DNA of 64,000 bases, taken from Mytilus californianus (taxonomy: Eukaryota). Position numbers and translations under genes: made by a program. Below, in pieces: positions 1 through 15,023 of this stretch (positions are counted from its first letter, which is position 1; each line of letters opens with the position of its first letter). Under the pieces are notes generated by a model. That model was not told the origin of the DNA, did no database searches, and worked only from the letters and a program-made list of their open reading frames with translations. Location of the stretch: the NCBI RefSeq assembly GCF_021869535.1, contig NW_026262745.1:32736001-32800000 (forward strand), read 5' to 3'.

Positions 1-1386
1 ATCTTATGTACAAAAATATGCCCATAAAAAATCTAATGATTAAAACAGTAAAATAAAACCGTGAATAAACATAAATCATATACACGGATGCACTTTAAAG
101 ACCTTTCAATATTGAGAATGTTCAAACAAAATTTCACTCTATTAAAATGTCTTTCTATGTCTTTAATTGAAAGTTAATGGAGCCTTCAAAATACCAGTAC
201 GAAATCGGATAATATACTTAATTCTATATGTGGCATATGTATACAAATTAGACTACTCAAAAGCTCTATTTATTTTCTATAAACGATATTTGTTTGAATG
301 TCGGGTAAACTAACACAGTTTAAACGAGAATAGATGTTGTCCCTCTACGGTTTACATTTCGTGCTTGCTTAAAAATAAAGCTTATACATGTATATGGGTC
401 CCAAATCTAGTGATCTCAGGCGCACCTGATGAAGGTTATTCCACACAAGTGTTTGCCGTGCACACTGTATGTCAGACTGATATGATATGAACAAAAAATA
501 AGAAGTTCAAAGTTAAAATGTACTCTTGAGAGCGTTGACTGTTGTATGGATATGTCAATATTCTGTATTCTATAATTAATTAATTACGCCACTTTTCTAT
601 ATTCTTTACATTTTTTGCCCATTGTTCTCAATTCTTTATATTATAAAACCCCTTTATTCTCTATTCTTGTTTTTATTTGCCTTTTTTTCTCTACTCTTTA
701 TTTTTTGGTCCGTTATTCTTTGTTTTGTAAACCCCAGACCCTCAAACATCTTACTCGTCGGACCAAAATATACGTACAAACAAAGACGACAAGCCTGACT
801 TATTACACACAGAAAATGTGATGATTACACATGTTTTACACGCTCACGTATTTTCCCTTTGCCTATCTAGACAACGTGTACTGTCGAAGTACTGACTCAA
901 GAAAATCTTCGGTAACAATTTTCTATTCAATATACAGACATGTACAGGGTCGAAGAGTCTCAAATGATTTTCCTTTTTATGCAAAGTTGACAAAGGAGTA
1001 GAGACAGGAACCCCAATAAACGGCCCTGTAAAGGTGCATTTTTAAAATTCAATTGTTTGAGTAAATTTACTGTAAATGTTAAATGTATTGCTAAATGTAT
1101 TATTTTTGAAAGTATAATAAGAAAAAAATGTATATCTGCTTCATAGATTATGAATATATTAGTCTGAAATAAGTATAAATTTCATTTTAGTCCATTTGTT
1201 TCGACCTTATTTCATGATTTCATATGTGACGCCACCCCTTGCCCATTGAAATTTTGATTAAAAAATTAAGAATATAGTATATTTAAAATATTTCAGCAAA
1301 ACTCTATGTGGGCGAGGGGTGGCGCCACAGTTAATTTTTCAGAAAACTGACATAAATTTCACCAAATTATGCCAAAAATCAGGCGA

Positions 1387-2503
1387 AACCAAAACTTTAA
1401 TCTGCCTTAAACAATAACTTGAATCTACCTTAAACCAAAACTTTAATCTGCCTGAAACAAAAACTTTAATCTACCTTAAACCAAAACTTTAATCTACCTT
1501 AAACCAAAATTTTAATCTACCTTAAACCAAAACTTTAATCTGCCTTAAACAAAAACTTAAATCTACCTTAAACCAAAACTTTAATCTACCTTAAACCAAA
1601 ACTTTAATCTGCCTTAAACAAAAACGTTAATCTGCCTTAAACCAAAACTTAAATCTGCATTAAACAAAAACTTTAATCTACCTAAATCCAAAACTCTAAT
1701 CTGCCTTAAACCAAAACTTGAATCAACCTTAAACCAAAACTTTAATCTGCCTTAAACAAAAAATTTGACCTACCTTAAACCAAAATTTTAACCTACCTAA
1801 AACCAGAACTTTAACATACCTTAAACCAAAACTTTAATCTACCTTAAACCAAAACTTTAATCTGCCTTAAACAAAAACTTGAATCTACCTTAAACCAAAA
1901 CTTGAATCTACCTTAAACCAAAACTTTAATCTGCCTTAAACAAAAACTTGAATCTGCCTTAAACAAAAACTTTAATCTACCTTAAACCAAAACTTTAATC
2001 TGCCTTAAACAAAAACTCCAATCTACCTAAATCTAAAACTTTAATCTGCCTTAAACCAAAACTTAAATCTACCTTAAACCAAAACTTTAATCTGCCTTAA
2101 ACAAAATCTTTAACCTACCTTAAACCAAAATTTTAACCTACCTTAAACCAAAACTTTAGCCTACCTTAAACCAAAACTTTAAACTACCTTAAACCAAAAC
2201 TTTAATCTACCTTAAACCAAAACTTTAAACTACCTTACACCAAAGCTTGAATCTATCTTAAACCAAAACTTTAATCTACCTTAAACCAAACTTTAATCTA
2301 CCGTAAACAAAAATTTTAATCTACCTTAAACCAAAACTTTAATCTACCTTAAAACAAAACTTTAATCTACCGTAAACCAAAACTTTAATCTACCTTAAAC
2401 CAAACTTAAATCTACCGTAAACCAAAACTTTATTCTACCGTAAACCAAAACTTTAATCTACCTTAAACCAAAACTTTAATCTACCTTAAACCAAAATTTT
2501 AAC
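1387..2503. repeat. 23-bp tandem minisatellite (consensus AAACCAAAACTTTAATCTACCTT), roughly 48 units
   Basis: Direct periodicity, e.g. CTACCTT at 1471 and 1494. Units differ only by point changes and 1-nt indels, with no unique spacers. Confidence 0.95.
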
Positions 2504-3984
2504 CTCATCGGTCTCATCGGTAAAACGCGAAATCTGTGTCAAAACCCTAATTTGACATCATAAAAAGTTTCAAGGTGATGTTGGTAAATCCCTTTCCATC
2601 GTAGGCGGGGTACAAAGCTTTTTTCCACTCAATGTTGTTAAAATTACTGTGTACTAAACTTTTTCTTAGTTAATTACAACAATTAACATATCCCATGGCA
2701 TTGAAATGTTCTTTAACCCTATGTTGTCAATAAGTATCTGTGGTACGTACTGGAGTGAAATTTACCAAGATCGACTGATTGATTGATTGTTATCTGTTTA
2801 ATTCCAGTGGCAAATATTTCACACATTTTCAGGACGATAAAAAATTAACAAATACTACAATAGGTAGGTTTTAACGGGATGTGTTCGAGACATTTGAACT
2901 GCCACATGAAGGTATTTTTGGACAAATGATATAGGACTATTTATTTCAGATAGTCAAGACTACTTATGTTTTGTTTTATTCTAGATCTTTTATTTTACTT
3001 TATTGCTTAATTTAAAATATATAATGTTTGGTTCTTGGCAGATCTTGTGTTTACAGTCTATATTATAATTCCATACAAGACAACAAAAAAAAAAACATGA
3101 AAAAAGCGGAGTTTGTGACGATTATATTTTTCATTGAAAAACAATTAAATGATATTTGTTTTCTAAAGGACTCTTATAAAACACCCGGACATACTTTAAA
3201 TCGTTCAAAATAATACAACTAAACTACCAATCTTAAATAAATAAAATAAATTTGTTCAAACAAATACTACAAAAGAAATATCCACTCTCTTCTGTTGTAT
3301 TGGAGATTTATTTAAATCGGAGAATCAGATTTAAACAATATACCCCTTCGAGGTACTAAATTCTGCTTTTTATATACCAACCTATCTAATACCTATACGA
3401 TTAATTATTTTGCTTAGCCCGTTATTTTTGGACAAGAACTAAAGTCCTTTTTATGAGTTATTGTGAAATATATTTATTCCATTTTCAGCTTTAATCTATT
3501 ATTAAGCTCTCAATAGGGGTCGCTGAGGGATATTGATTCCATAGACAGTATATTGAATATTTGATATTGTCTTTTTAACGCGATTGCAATAAAATAAATA
3601 CAGGTTTTGTATGTTACGGTTAAATGGTTAAATATATATATTTTATTGGAAAGTTTAAAAGCATGTTTATTCGTAATTTTAACTGCCTACATTCATAAAT
3701 CCCCTGCGAACGTTAAAATGTAGTTCTACAAGACGAAAGATTCGGATTGTCACATATTTTATTTCGTGTAGGGATGTTCCGAAACAATGTGGATATATTT
3801 TGATAACACTGTTGACACAGCACCCTTCAGAGTTACGGGCGAACGGCATGATTCAATATTATTGAAACAAGAGTTTTCAAATATTTGAAAGAGAAGTACT
3901 CGTTGAAAGTGTAAATATATTGGGGGATTATGATTAAACTTTTATTAATGTGATTAGTTTGAAGTTGTACGACTGTTGGGTAAA

Positions 3985-6900
3985 ATGCCACGAAAGAAAA
4001 ACATTAAGCAATATTTGACAAATACAATGTTAGACAGGGATGTTGGCGTACCAGTATTTACACCATATTCCTCGGAAACACATCTTCCGGGTCTTTTTAC
4101 TGGGTAAGTTATTTTACTTCAATCGGTCGTATGGTCAAATTTGATAGGATAGTGTTTGATGTTACCTAAAATATCAAGCAAGAAACTAACCGGTCTTTTC
4201 TTGAAATTGATGAAGATAAGCATATTTTATACCATGTGACATAATCAACAGTGGTAAATCATGATAACCTTTACGCTTATTTTCTCATAAATGTGTCAAT
4301 GTCTTCCAATACATTGTATAACCAGACCTTTGTTTTTATTCTGTACTACAAGACAAATCGCTAACAATGTCATCGATGTGTGTTAACTATGTTTAAAATT
4401 CCTTAAAAATATATATTTTTTCGATTTAAAAAACAATGAGTGATATATTTTACTTGTTTGTTGAAAGAGCTTGTGGATAGAATTGTATCTAATTTTTAAG
4501 AGGTAATCAGTCGTATTGAGAAAAAAATCTTGAAAAATTGTTACAATTGTATTGACGGTTTAAAATAATTTGATACCAACTGAATTATTTCACACCAATA
4601 TTAATCCATTGTCCCTGTCACGATTGAAAGGTAAAAACGTACTGCAGGGTTTCAACAGATATATTTCGGTTCAAATGTTATAAGGTATCATTTCAAAATC
4701 AGTCTAAATGGACCATGTTTTGTCTGTTCATGTTTGTCTTTTTATATTCGACTAGTTTTTGGGTGTTGGTTAGTGCCATTTGTTGTACTGTCCAAAATGT
4801 TTTGCAGTTCCTGATATCTTTTTTATGTATTATTTACTCTTTCAAACGGAGCAGATTGTCAACACGTCCTTTATTTGTTTATGTTTAACAGATGCAAGAA
4901 ACCTCGTCAAGGGAGGGATGTAGAGTAGTTTTTGAGAGATTTTTCTACTGTACGCGCATCCCTAAAATGTTATTTTATGGGTTATAAGCGTCAAATTAAA
5001 ATAATAAAAAAATGTCGAGCTTGCAATATTTATTCCAAATATATCATATGATAAATGAAAATAAACAAGCACTTTCATCCTCCTTTCGGAATCTATGCAC
5101 CTCGTAAAATTTGAAAAAAAAGACTAGGAAGCAGTATTTTATAATGTATACATTATAACTATATGTTCTATGGTTATACATTGATTCTGTTGCATTGAAA
5201 CAAACAAATGTTTGAACGCAATATTCAGAGATCTTTTGTCTTTTAAGACCATCGCGTAGAAGAGACAAATACATTTTAAATTAAAAAATCAATCACTTCA
5301 CTCTTGAAACTATGCACAATTTGAAAGTTTAACAATCTTTTTTTTGTTCAGAATATTGATTCATTTGTCATCATGTGATTTTCTTCAGAAACCGATCATT
5401 TTTTCTTCTTCATTGTTTTGAAAGGTGTGATCGATTTCGTGTTGTTGAAATGAAATTGCAACATCTGAATTGATAATTTATTGTAATTTTTTTAAGCTCT
5501 CCACAGAAATAATTTCTAAAGAATATGATTAAAAAAACTTGTCATCAGTTTATTAAATACACTAAAACTAGAAACATTAACACCCTCAAACAACAACAAC
5601 AACTGAACCCCTGGCCTTTAATTGGGTACGTATACACAAACCATATAACAATTTTTGTTCTCTTCAATTAGAGTTACATAAAGTACTCAAAATAAAAATC
5701 AGATCACAATTTAATTCTGAATCAATAATTTTGGTTTGCTTTGAAATTTGGGTAATTGTTTTGATAGGTTTGTCGCGTTGTCATGGTACGTCAGTGTATT
5801 TTCGATAGTTTGCAAAACAGCGATAGTGTCATAAAAGTTAAGAACACAATGACACAGTAGGAAAGAACTCGATGCCCAGTAGTCATATAATTGATAACTG
5901 ACGGAGAAATTTTAATTTTTTGGTATAAAGTCTCAATGTTGTCATGGTTGCCTCTGTTAGAAAGTAGACAATTATGTGACAGTCGTGTTTGATGCATGCC
6001 ATGCAGATGTCATTTTAAATGAAGAACTCTTACCGTGATAAATTTTCCTGTTTAGAAGCTAAGGAATTCTGGGTAATATTTCAAAAAGCATTCACCAAAA
6101 CGTTGTGATTTCTTGAAAACGTCTTTAAGGTCAAGGAACAGAAAAATCTATGTACTAGAAATTGGAATTTATATTATTTTAAGACAAATTGGAGAACAAT
6201 TTTCGCCGATTTTACACGCTTTCTATACAAATGTTCGCTTATTTTGAGAGAATTCAATCGGTAATATTTCAGAATATAAAAGAGATAAATGCATTATTTT
6301 TTTCGATTTTCAGTTACATTTTTAACGAGCCTAATTTGTATACAAAATTTTACCAAAATCTGTGACATAGCCCATTTACTGTAACTTGACTTAAGAATTG
6401 TAAACGATATAGTTACTCCGTAAATAACAACGCCTGATTAATGTTTTTGGTCACTTTTAGCAGCGAAATTTACATAAATATCAACATAAAGTCGCTAACA
6501 GGACAACCAGACAATCAATTAAAAACCCTACATAGAAATCTTGAGATGACCCGGGTTAATAAGTTTTGTAGAATCTGTGTCAATAAATCTGACAGGTTTC
6601 ACCTATCCATCATACCCCTGATAAGCTTTTGTAAATACTAATCCATGTAAAAAGATCTATATTTAATGATTGAAATATTTTTGGAACTATAGTTCTCCTC
6701 GACATTGTCAAAAGCATTTAGATTAACTACAGAACGGCCTGGACATTCTGATTAAAACTTTTCTTAGTTGTTTACTTATGTATAATGTATGCAAAGTAAT
6801 AATTTGATAAATTGTCAAATGAGTCGATTAATTTCGACATTTTTCTGTAAGACTACATGTAGAGGGACTGATTTATAACTCTTGTAGTGGACTAGGGGAT

Positions 6901-9900
6901 GATATATTACAATAATACTTGGAAGTATAATTTAATTCATCAACATGCAAATTAATTCAGGATTTTCGGTTATTTCAGAAAACGCTAATAAAAGGTATGT
7001 CAAAACCTTGTCTTTGAAAAGGTCCTAGAAAAATACAGTTGTAATTCAAATTACTTTCGACAAAATTTTATCTGTCAAGTTTGAATTTCAGGTTGAATAA
7101 TTGGTCGTTTTTCTTAAATATTATCTAATTAATTTCATTTCTTTTTGTGTACATTTTTATATTACCTCATCAAAAGACCTTGCGGTCGCTTTTGAAGCTT
7201 ACTATACGATTTTGATTTGCTGATTGTTGTAGGCCGTACGATGATCTGTATTTGTTCACGTCTTTGTCCATTGGTCTTGTGGATAGTTGTCTCATTGGCA
7301 ATCATATCACATCTCCTTATTTTATACTGCATCTTACTTGAAGAACTCCTTGATATGATAGTCAAATAATATAATATTTTGAATGGGGCACGTATTGGGG
7401 ATGATAATTTCTATGTTGTCTATACTGTTGAACTGGGAATACATGATTTTTCTTTAAATTCTGTAAAGAGAGAAACTTTGGAATAATGGAAGTAATGAAA
7501 AATCATCTGAACATTAATTCGGGTGTATCATGAGCTGAAGTATACAGATATGATTCAAGTTGATACGATCACCCTCATTTTATACATCTTAGATCATATA
7601 ACATACACGTGATTAAAGGGGGATTTAATTTCCATATTGGATTTAAGTTACTATTAATGTATTTCAAACTATTGTACTGAATAACCATTTGTGTAGGAAT
7701 GCTACTTTGAATGAACACGGCTAAAAAACTAATCTTCTTTTGTTTCTTTTTAATCTTGTTAATCAAAAACAAATACAAATGTGTACAATTGTTTCATATT
7801 AAAGAGGTCGTGACAGGACACTGTAGGCCCTTAAAATTTTCTATTCCAACTAATCTCAATTTTTTTCGAAAAAAAGCGGATGTGCATATGAAAATACTAG
7901 ATTTAAAAGCTTTTTCCTAAGTACATTTAGAGACTCATAATCGAAGTCATTAAGAACAAATTACCTGGGTGTGATAAGCCAAGTCAATTTTAACCCCAAT
8001 TAATATATAATAAATCATTAAATTATTGACTTTTTATTATTTTGTATTTTCAGAGCTACTTCCAGGGTAGCGTCAGAATCTAGGGAAGCCATGTTCCGAA
8101 GAGCAATGGCACTTTTGTCGGCTCGATGCACTAGCGTGCTCGGGTCACAAACCGTGGAAACTCCATTCGGAACCGTAAAACAACCTACATTCGGAATACA
8201 GGTACCACAGTATTTCTACATCAAGCAGGAGAAACCACGACCAATGCCTCCTTTAAAAGTAAGTAAAATTTGTATATTCGCGAGTGATATATGCATATAA
8301 ATAAATTTATAGTTTGACTGTGTACGGATATACTTTTCTACTTTAGGAAATCGACACAGAGTGATACGACTGTTTCAAGCTTAATATATATTTTAATACT
8401 TTATACAAATAATGATTTTAAATTGTATAAGCATAATACAGTTTGTTTTGTAGTTTAACACGTGGTAGAAAATACAGAAATACTTAAAAATTATTTCTGA
8501 CTAAAATCCTCGACAAGGAGTGGAAAACGACTTCAGATACAATGTATCAGCTATATTTGGTATCCCATAACAAATGTTAAAATTAAAAAAGCAAATATTT
8601 TTTTATTATAATTAGTAACTTATCAATAAATATTGATTGTAGTAAAAATATTTCTTGTTTATTCCTGTTTTGTCAACTTAGTCTCGTTAAAAACAAAGAT
8701 TGAAGATTAATTTGATCAATGAATATTTTGAATTTGAATGCGCACTTTAAACTTCTTGGTGCAAACTATCAACATGGTTTTTGATAAGACTGTTTACCAT
8801 TGTTTATTCATACTGGCACACCTAGTCATACGTACATATGCATGTATATAAAGCAATCAGCAAATGTTTTGTTAACTATTGTATTGCAAAATAAATGTTC
8901 TATTTGGTGCATACACTTTTGCACGGAGGTCGAATCTCTCCTTTATTACAATTTATGTAAGAAAAGCATTATGCGCATTTTGATAGACATAAATTTTAAC
9001 CCAGAAAAAATGAGGAACTAAGATTTGGAGGTACACGTTTCTTTGAGCTTGTAACTTTTCTTTCTAAAACCGATATTATTTGAAAAGAGAGAGAGAAGAT
9101 AATATGGGACATTCAAAACCATTACGGTCAATAAAAACATATAAACACCATGGCCAAAAGAAAAACTATGAAAAGACAAACAACAACGATAAAACACCAC
9201 ACAGAAAACTAAAGATTGAGCAACACGAACCCTTAATAAAACGGGGTTGAACTCATCTGCTCCGGAAGGGTAAACATTTTCTGCTCTGATAGTGGCACCC
9301 GCCTGCCATTAATAAAAAAATCAAGACAGAAAAAAATCATTCGGTACAAATTTTAGACCTATCGAACAGAAAATTACCAATTCTTATCCATTTTAATTAC
9401 ACATCAATATTTATCGCATATCTCGTTTTTATAGGCCTGGCAAGGATATAATGGCAACGTTTACTTTGAACCTATATCAATTGCTGGAATGCCGAATGAT
9501 GTTTTAATGCCAAAGAGTGGCAAATCCCGTGGTTCTCATGTCAATGATCAAATAAATAGAATGACACCAGGACAAAAGAGACCAATGACAGAACCTAACA
9601 GATCTCCAGATAGCAGTAGTAACAGCAGATCTATTTCTCGTAATACAGGAAAGAGTAACAATTCAAAGAACCGACCATCAACTCGGCAGATGGCGCTATT
9701 AGACAAACGGACTGTTCTGAACAGATTCAATACTTCTTTAGATGACGATATCACGTTGATAGAAACAACAGAAACAACCGGAAGTCTGGCTGTAAGACCA
9801 AAAAGTGACAATATAATTGATTACAAAACCAGACATGATCAGATGTATAACAGAGAAAGAATATGCAAAGGATCTGTAGCACATAAACAATATATTGCTA

Positions 9901-10211
9901 AAATGCAAGGAAATAGGCCTTCTTTGAAAGTAAGTGGCGGGAAGTATTCAACCCCAGCGGTTACTTCTCCTCTACTACGCACACAAACACAGTATTCCTT
10001 AAGTAATAATCGGCTAACGACGAATAGTCCAGATTTATATGCAGCTCAACTTCCTCCTTTAGAACAGCTTCGAAATTCAGTTCGTCATATGGACAACACA
10101 AACGAAAAACAAAGCTATGGACGAGCTCGGCCAGTAACGAACGATATTAAACCTTTCATCAAATATAGTCCAGATATCAAAATCAAGCAACCAGCTGTTA
10201 ATTATGTGTAG
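3985..10211 (+). CDS. Three-exon gene, uncharacterised 366-aa protein; exons 3985-4103, 8054-8258, 9435-10211
   Basis: Exon 1 MPRKKNIKQY...GLFTG ends GG|gtaagt (phase 2). Exon 2 starts ttttcag|A, is open (ATSRVASESREAMFRR...PRPMPPLK) and ends AAA|gtaagt (phase 0). Exon 3 starts ttttatag|GCC TGG and runs in frame into the 240-aa ORF 9489-10211. 119+205+777 nt = 367 codons including the stop. Confidence 0.8.
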
Positions 10212-13200
10212 TTACGTTTCTTTTGGTCGTGTATTAGTGCTGTATTTAACTAGTAATACTCGGATGTATGCGTAAACGTGCAGTATACATATAATAATCG
10301 AAGAAAAAATCGTTGTTCTTGGATTTCATATCGGACATTACATACCTTTTTAAGCAATGTAAGTACATTTAAAAGCGTATGATGAAGGATTTCTAAGGTA
10401 TCATTTGAGTATATTAAAGCTCACATAACTTCATAAATGTGCCAAACTGAAGTTTCGAACTTACATGCAGACCATTATTGCTTAACTGAAGGTTATCGAA
10501 TATTCATACAGTAATTTAAACAACATAATTTCCGGAAGTAATTCGTGTTTATTATTTCAATTCTAATATGGATGTCAGTCTTTCACTCTGTTTCACGTGT
10601 ACATTGTAGTGCTATGGATCGTTTTTTGTTTTCGCTGGTGTTTCGTTATTTCGCAACAAAAATGTTCATCTAGAGTGTAAAATTTGGTGTAAATTCTGTT
10701 ATATAACGGCCTCTTCAGTATTACTTATAATAGTCGGTATAAGTTTATTGTGGTGATTTTGTAAAAAAGTAATTGGAAGCTTTGAAAGGACTTGAAATGT
10801 GCAACTTTCGATTTGAATCTTCCTTTTTGATTGTGAAATCTTTAAGGTATTTTCCAATGCAATATCATGAATGAATTACCAAGCAGTTCGGAATTCAAAT
10901 AACGAATTGTTGAATCAGAATTATAAGATATCAGAGCACCTGGAAAATAAACATTTTACTTCGTAGATTATAAATCTGTTGACAAGATATAAGTTACAGG
11001 AAAAGAAAATCTTTTAGTTCGTAGATTATGAAGTATAAAAAAAAATAGGTAAAAACTTTGGTAAGGAAGATTCAGACAGTATAACAATCGTTAGTGGCAA
11101 GATATCTTAAAACGAAACACAGGCACTTATGGATGATAGGAGAAGTCGAAGTCTGTATTTTATTGATACAAGAGCCTGTGATATATACCAATACATTAAA
11201 TAGCTACATACTTTTCGCTTTTAAGATTTCGTTGATCATTTACTATCATAAAATACTTATTTTATCTAACGTCATCCTTGTGCATTAGAAAATAACCTTT
11301 AAAATGTTCTGCTTAAAACAGTTGCCTTTACTTTTACACAGTTGCCTTTTCCGGTTTCAAATTAAGTGTCATTATTTTCATACTCTCCATTAAAAGTTTA
11401 AATTATTAACCTAAAATAGAGTTGACGTTAGATATGAATATTATAACTTAGGATAGATGTAGCAAAATTGTATAGGTTTATTTCCGTGAGAATTGTTACA
11501 GATCAAGTATTGGGACCATAGTCGTTTTAGATCTCATTACAGTGTTAAATTCTGAATATGTAATTTAAAAAAGGGAGCAAAAGATCCCCTATTGGGGGAT
11601 TGGGTCAATTAAAAACTATAGTCCAAGACCGGCTGACAACACCTTTGTTTAAACGTGTACAAATATTTTAAGAATGTGTCAATTATTTTCATAGCGTTCC
11701 CAAATATCACAATAACAGGACGCAAATTTAACTTGGCGATGTTTATTGTGTTGTATGAATTTAGAGAAGAATAATTTGTACTTTTTAAAATAATGATAAT
11801 TTTGAAAAATAATTTAATACCTTAGTATTGTAAAAATCGGTGACTATCTCGGTTTGTATTTAGTTGGTACAATGTGTTTCATTTGTACTGCCGTAGGGTA
11901 TTATGTTGCCAATAGTATTCAAATATATACCGGTTAATCACATCTGTCGTAACTCTTCTGCAAGTCATATATTGAAGGATGCATACCAGCATCTATTGTC
12001 TTTGAAGTAGCATATCTGTGATATTTACCCGTAAATTGTGTGTGCATTGCATCTGTTTTCTTATGAAAATTGTAATTATGTATGAAACCTAAATTAATAA
12101 AAAATTATGTAGAAACTCTAATTGTTACAAAAAACATAATGGTGATTTTAATCACTTTGTATATATTACAAAGGTAATACATATACAAATTCCAGTAGAT
12201 ATCGCAGTTCTTTACAAAAAGAAACATGCCATTTCCTGAAAAAAACATACTTTTAGATGTTGTTTTTTTTTTATTCCATGGTATTGTTGACGCTGTCTTT
12301 CAAATTATACCCAGATCTCCTTTATCAACAAACCAACAACAACAACAAAAAACTACAATAAACAGACAAGTCCAAATGATATATGTTGAAAATTGTAGAT
12401 TAAGCTTGCAAAGACGACACATACAGATATAAAAATAAGAAGATGTGGTATGATTGCCAATGAGACAACTCTCCACCAGAGACCAAATGACACAGAAGAT
12501 TTTAGTTCATTTCTAAAGCTCTTTCCATTTCCTTCCATTTTATAGTTTCTTCATTCATTTTCGTTTATCAAGTTCGTACTCAATTGATTTTTGCTCGAGG
12601 CAATGTGAAATTTTAGTTTTTCTTTTATAATTAACATATACATCCCGATCAAAAAAAGGACTGCTTATTTTCAGATTCATTTATCGACTTTTTCACGAAA
12701 CCATAACAATTTTATTGTGCATAAAGCATATTAATTTTAGTCTATTATTCAAACTGTTTTTTTAAACCAATGAAAAGCCATCGTTTAATCAATAGTTCGA
12801 GTGCCACGGATAAGTCATGTTTACACAAAAAGCGCATCTGGCGTACCAATTCATAAGCTTATGCATCGTTTATGCATTATGTTTATTTCTGGTTTGTGTT
12901 TTGTATATGAAGAAGTATTCCTGTCTACCATTTTACTGGCAAGTCAGACATGTATTAGCCAATCAACAATTGTTCTAATGAAAGATTTTCCTTAAACATT
13001 GATTAGTATTATATATAGACATTGATTCTTGAATGATCACTGAAGGAAGTTCTCGTGAAGTGTATTCCTATTCTGTGTGTATGATAATAAAAAAAATGAA
13101 ATTATTTAGCTTCTCAAGAAAAATGAAAAGAAGCTTGCATTATCCGTTAACTTCAATTTCCTCTATATGATGTCCTTTCACTGAATAATTCCAAATTTGG

Positions 13201-13325
13201 TGGCTTTGTTGTCTGTATGTATCCCAATGCACTTGAAATAAAGGATACCACAGATACAGTTAAGTCTGACTCATATCAAAACTTACATCCAATGATTGAC
13301 AATGAAGGTCGGTCAAGCACTAAAT

Positions 13326-13595
13326 TATGATTTAAATTTCCCCATTATGAACTTTCCATATCTGTATAGGAATATTCCAGCAGCGCCATTATTTGGAAAA
13401 TATATCTACAAGTTGACCAGTTAATTCAGTACTTTCGTGACCCGTCATGGTATCCTTGATAGGAGGTAACTGGTTACATGGAAGCTATTGCATCAAGGGT
13501 TCCGAGTGGTAATGTTGAAGTCATCCCCTCGAAAATTTTACGGACGCCATCATGATTTAGTTTACCGTTATTGAATATCGGTTTTACAGATCACC
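13326..13595 (+). mobile_element. Degraded Penelope-like retroelement fragment (post-RT C-terminal region)
   Basis: Broken frames resemble DFNFPIxNFP...NIPAAP...KLLxQG...LKSSxRKFYGRHHDL, typical of this region of PLE RTs. Confidence 0.65.
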
Positions 13596-15023
13596 TGGTG
13601 TATATTCCATTTGTCTTATCCATCACCCGGTGCTCTTGTCATCTATTGTGGCACTGCCGAATACAACTTATCGGATTTTTACGTGCACGAACAACGTGAC
13701 GGGTGCCAAATGGGGAGAAGGAACTGCTTACTCTGTTTTGGTAGGGTTCTTGTTGCTCACTCGTTACTTTTCTGTGATATGCTTTGTTATTGTTTTTTTT
13801 ATTTTTTTCGTCGTTTTTATTTTTATGCATTGGTGTTTTCTACTTTAATTGGTATTATGATTTATGATTGCCTCATTGGTAACTTCTCTGTCTTTAGAAA
13901 TACACAATGAAAAAAAAATGAAAAAAAAAAAATGGAAAAAGCAGTTAAGCTAGACGACTCCAAGGAATGCCCTCATTTTGACGAGGATGGATAATCCACT
14001 GTCTATATAAGTAAAAACCCTCGTTTGTTCGTCGAGTTTATGCTTTTTAACTTAAAGCATAAAAAATAAAATATACTTTTTTCATATTTTAGTTAAATAT
14101 TGAGAGAGACAGATAGTTTTTAAAAAAGCATCACAAATATTAAGTCTATAGTATAGTTACATTAAAGAAAGTGAGATAGCATTGTCTTATACGAAACGTT
14201 GTTTCACGTGGCATATCTGATCAAAATGCAATTAATATGATTAATATGTCATTTAGTCCAATAAGGTCGAAAGTTTTTTCCTGTGTATTCGATGAAACAT
14301 CTGTCTTAACTATCCTTTCTGGAGGCAAGTCCAGATGAACAATCATTGAAAATACCATTATAGCTTACTATGACAAATATGATTAATTAAATTCAACAGA
14401 ATCATCCCCACAGCGCACCATTTATTTCAATGGACTACATAAGTTTACCGGACGACTCCAGTATGATGGTATGTATCTTTTGTGCATATACCATGTATAC
14501 ATGTATGTTTGTGTTGGCATCATTTTTTATATCTAAAACCTTCTATAAGTGACAAATATAAGAATTCGAAACATTTGTTTGATATAATTTTCAAAGACGA
14601 TTAATATTAAGTGTAGTTAAGCAATAGTAGATTTAAATAACAAAAACAAAAAAATTTCAATAAAAGCAATTATACGTTCATAGCACTCATCCATACACGC
14701 TAAATAAATGATAATAAATAATTTCACAAATGATTTATAGATGATTGATTCCTAGATTTTTTTCATTTGTATGAACATACACATTATTCCTTCACAATCT
14801 CATTTCAATTGGTTTAAACCATCACTTAAGATGCAGCATTTTTAAAATATTTTCATATTTTAGGTAAACATGGTAAATTGAATGATACAACATGTTCAGA
14901 TTTGGTTAAAGTAAGTCAAAGCAAATGACTTCAATTCATCAGTATGTTCAAGCTGCCTTTTTCATATTGTTCGATCCTTAAAGCTCCTTGTAGCAGACAT
15001 TCGGTATTATTTTGTGATGAACA

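Noticed and set aside
1387-2503. CRISPR-like array
   Set aside because: Units are head-to-tail with no unique spacers, no cas genes, and the context is eukaryotic.
9548-9811. 87-aa antisense ORF (also the antisense ORFs inside the GPCR)
   Set aside because: Shadow frames of real coding exons.
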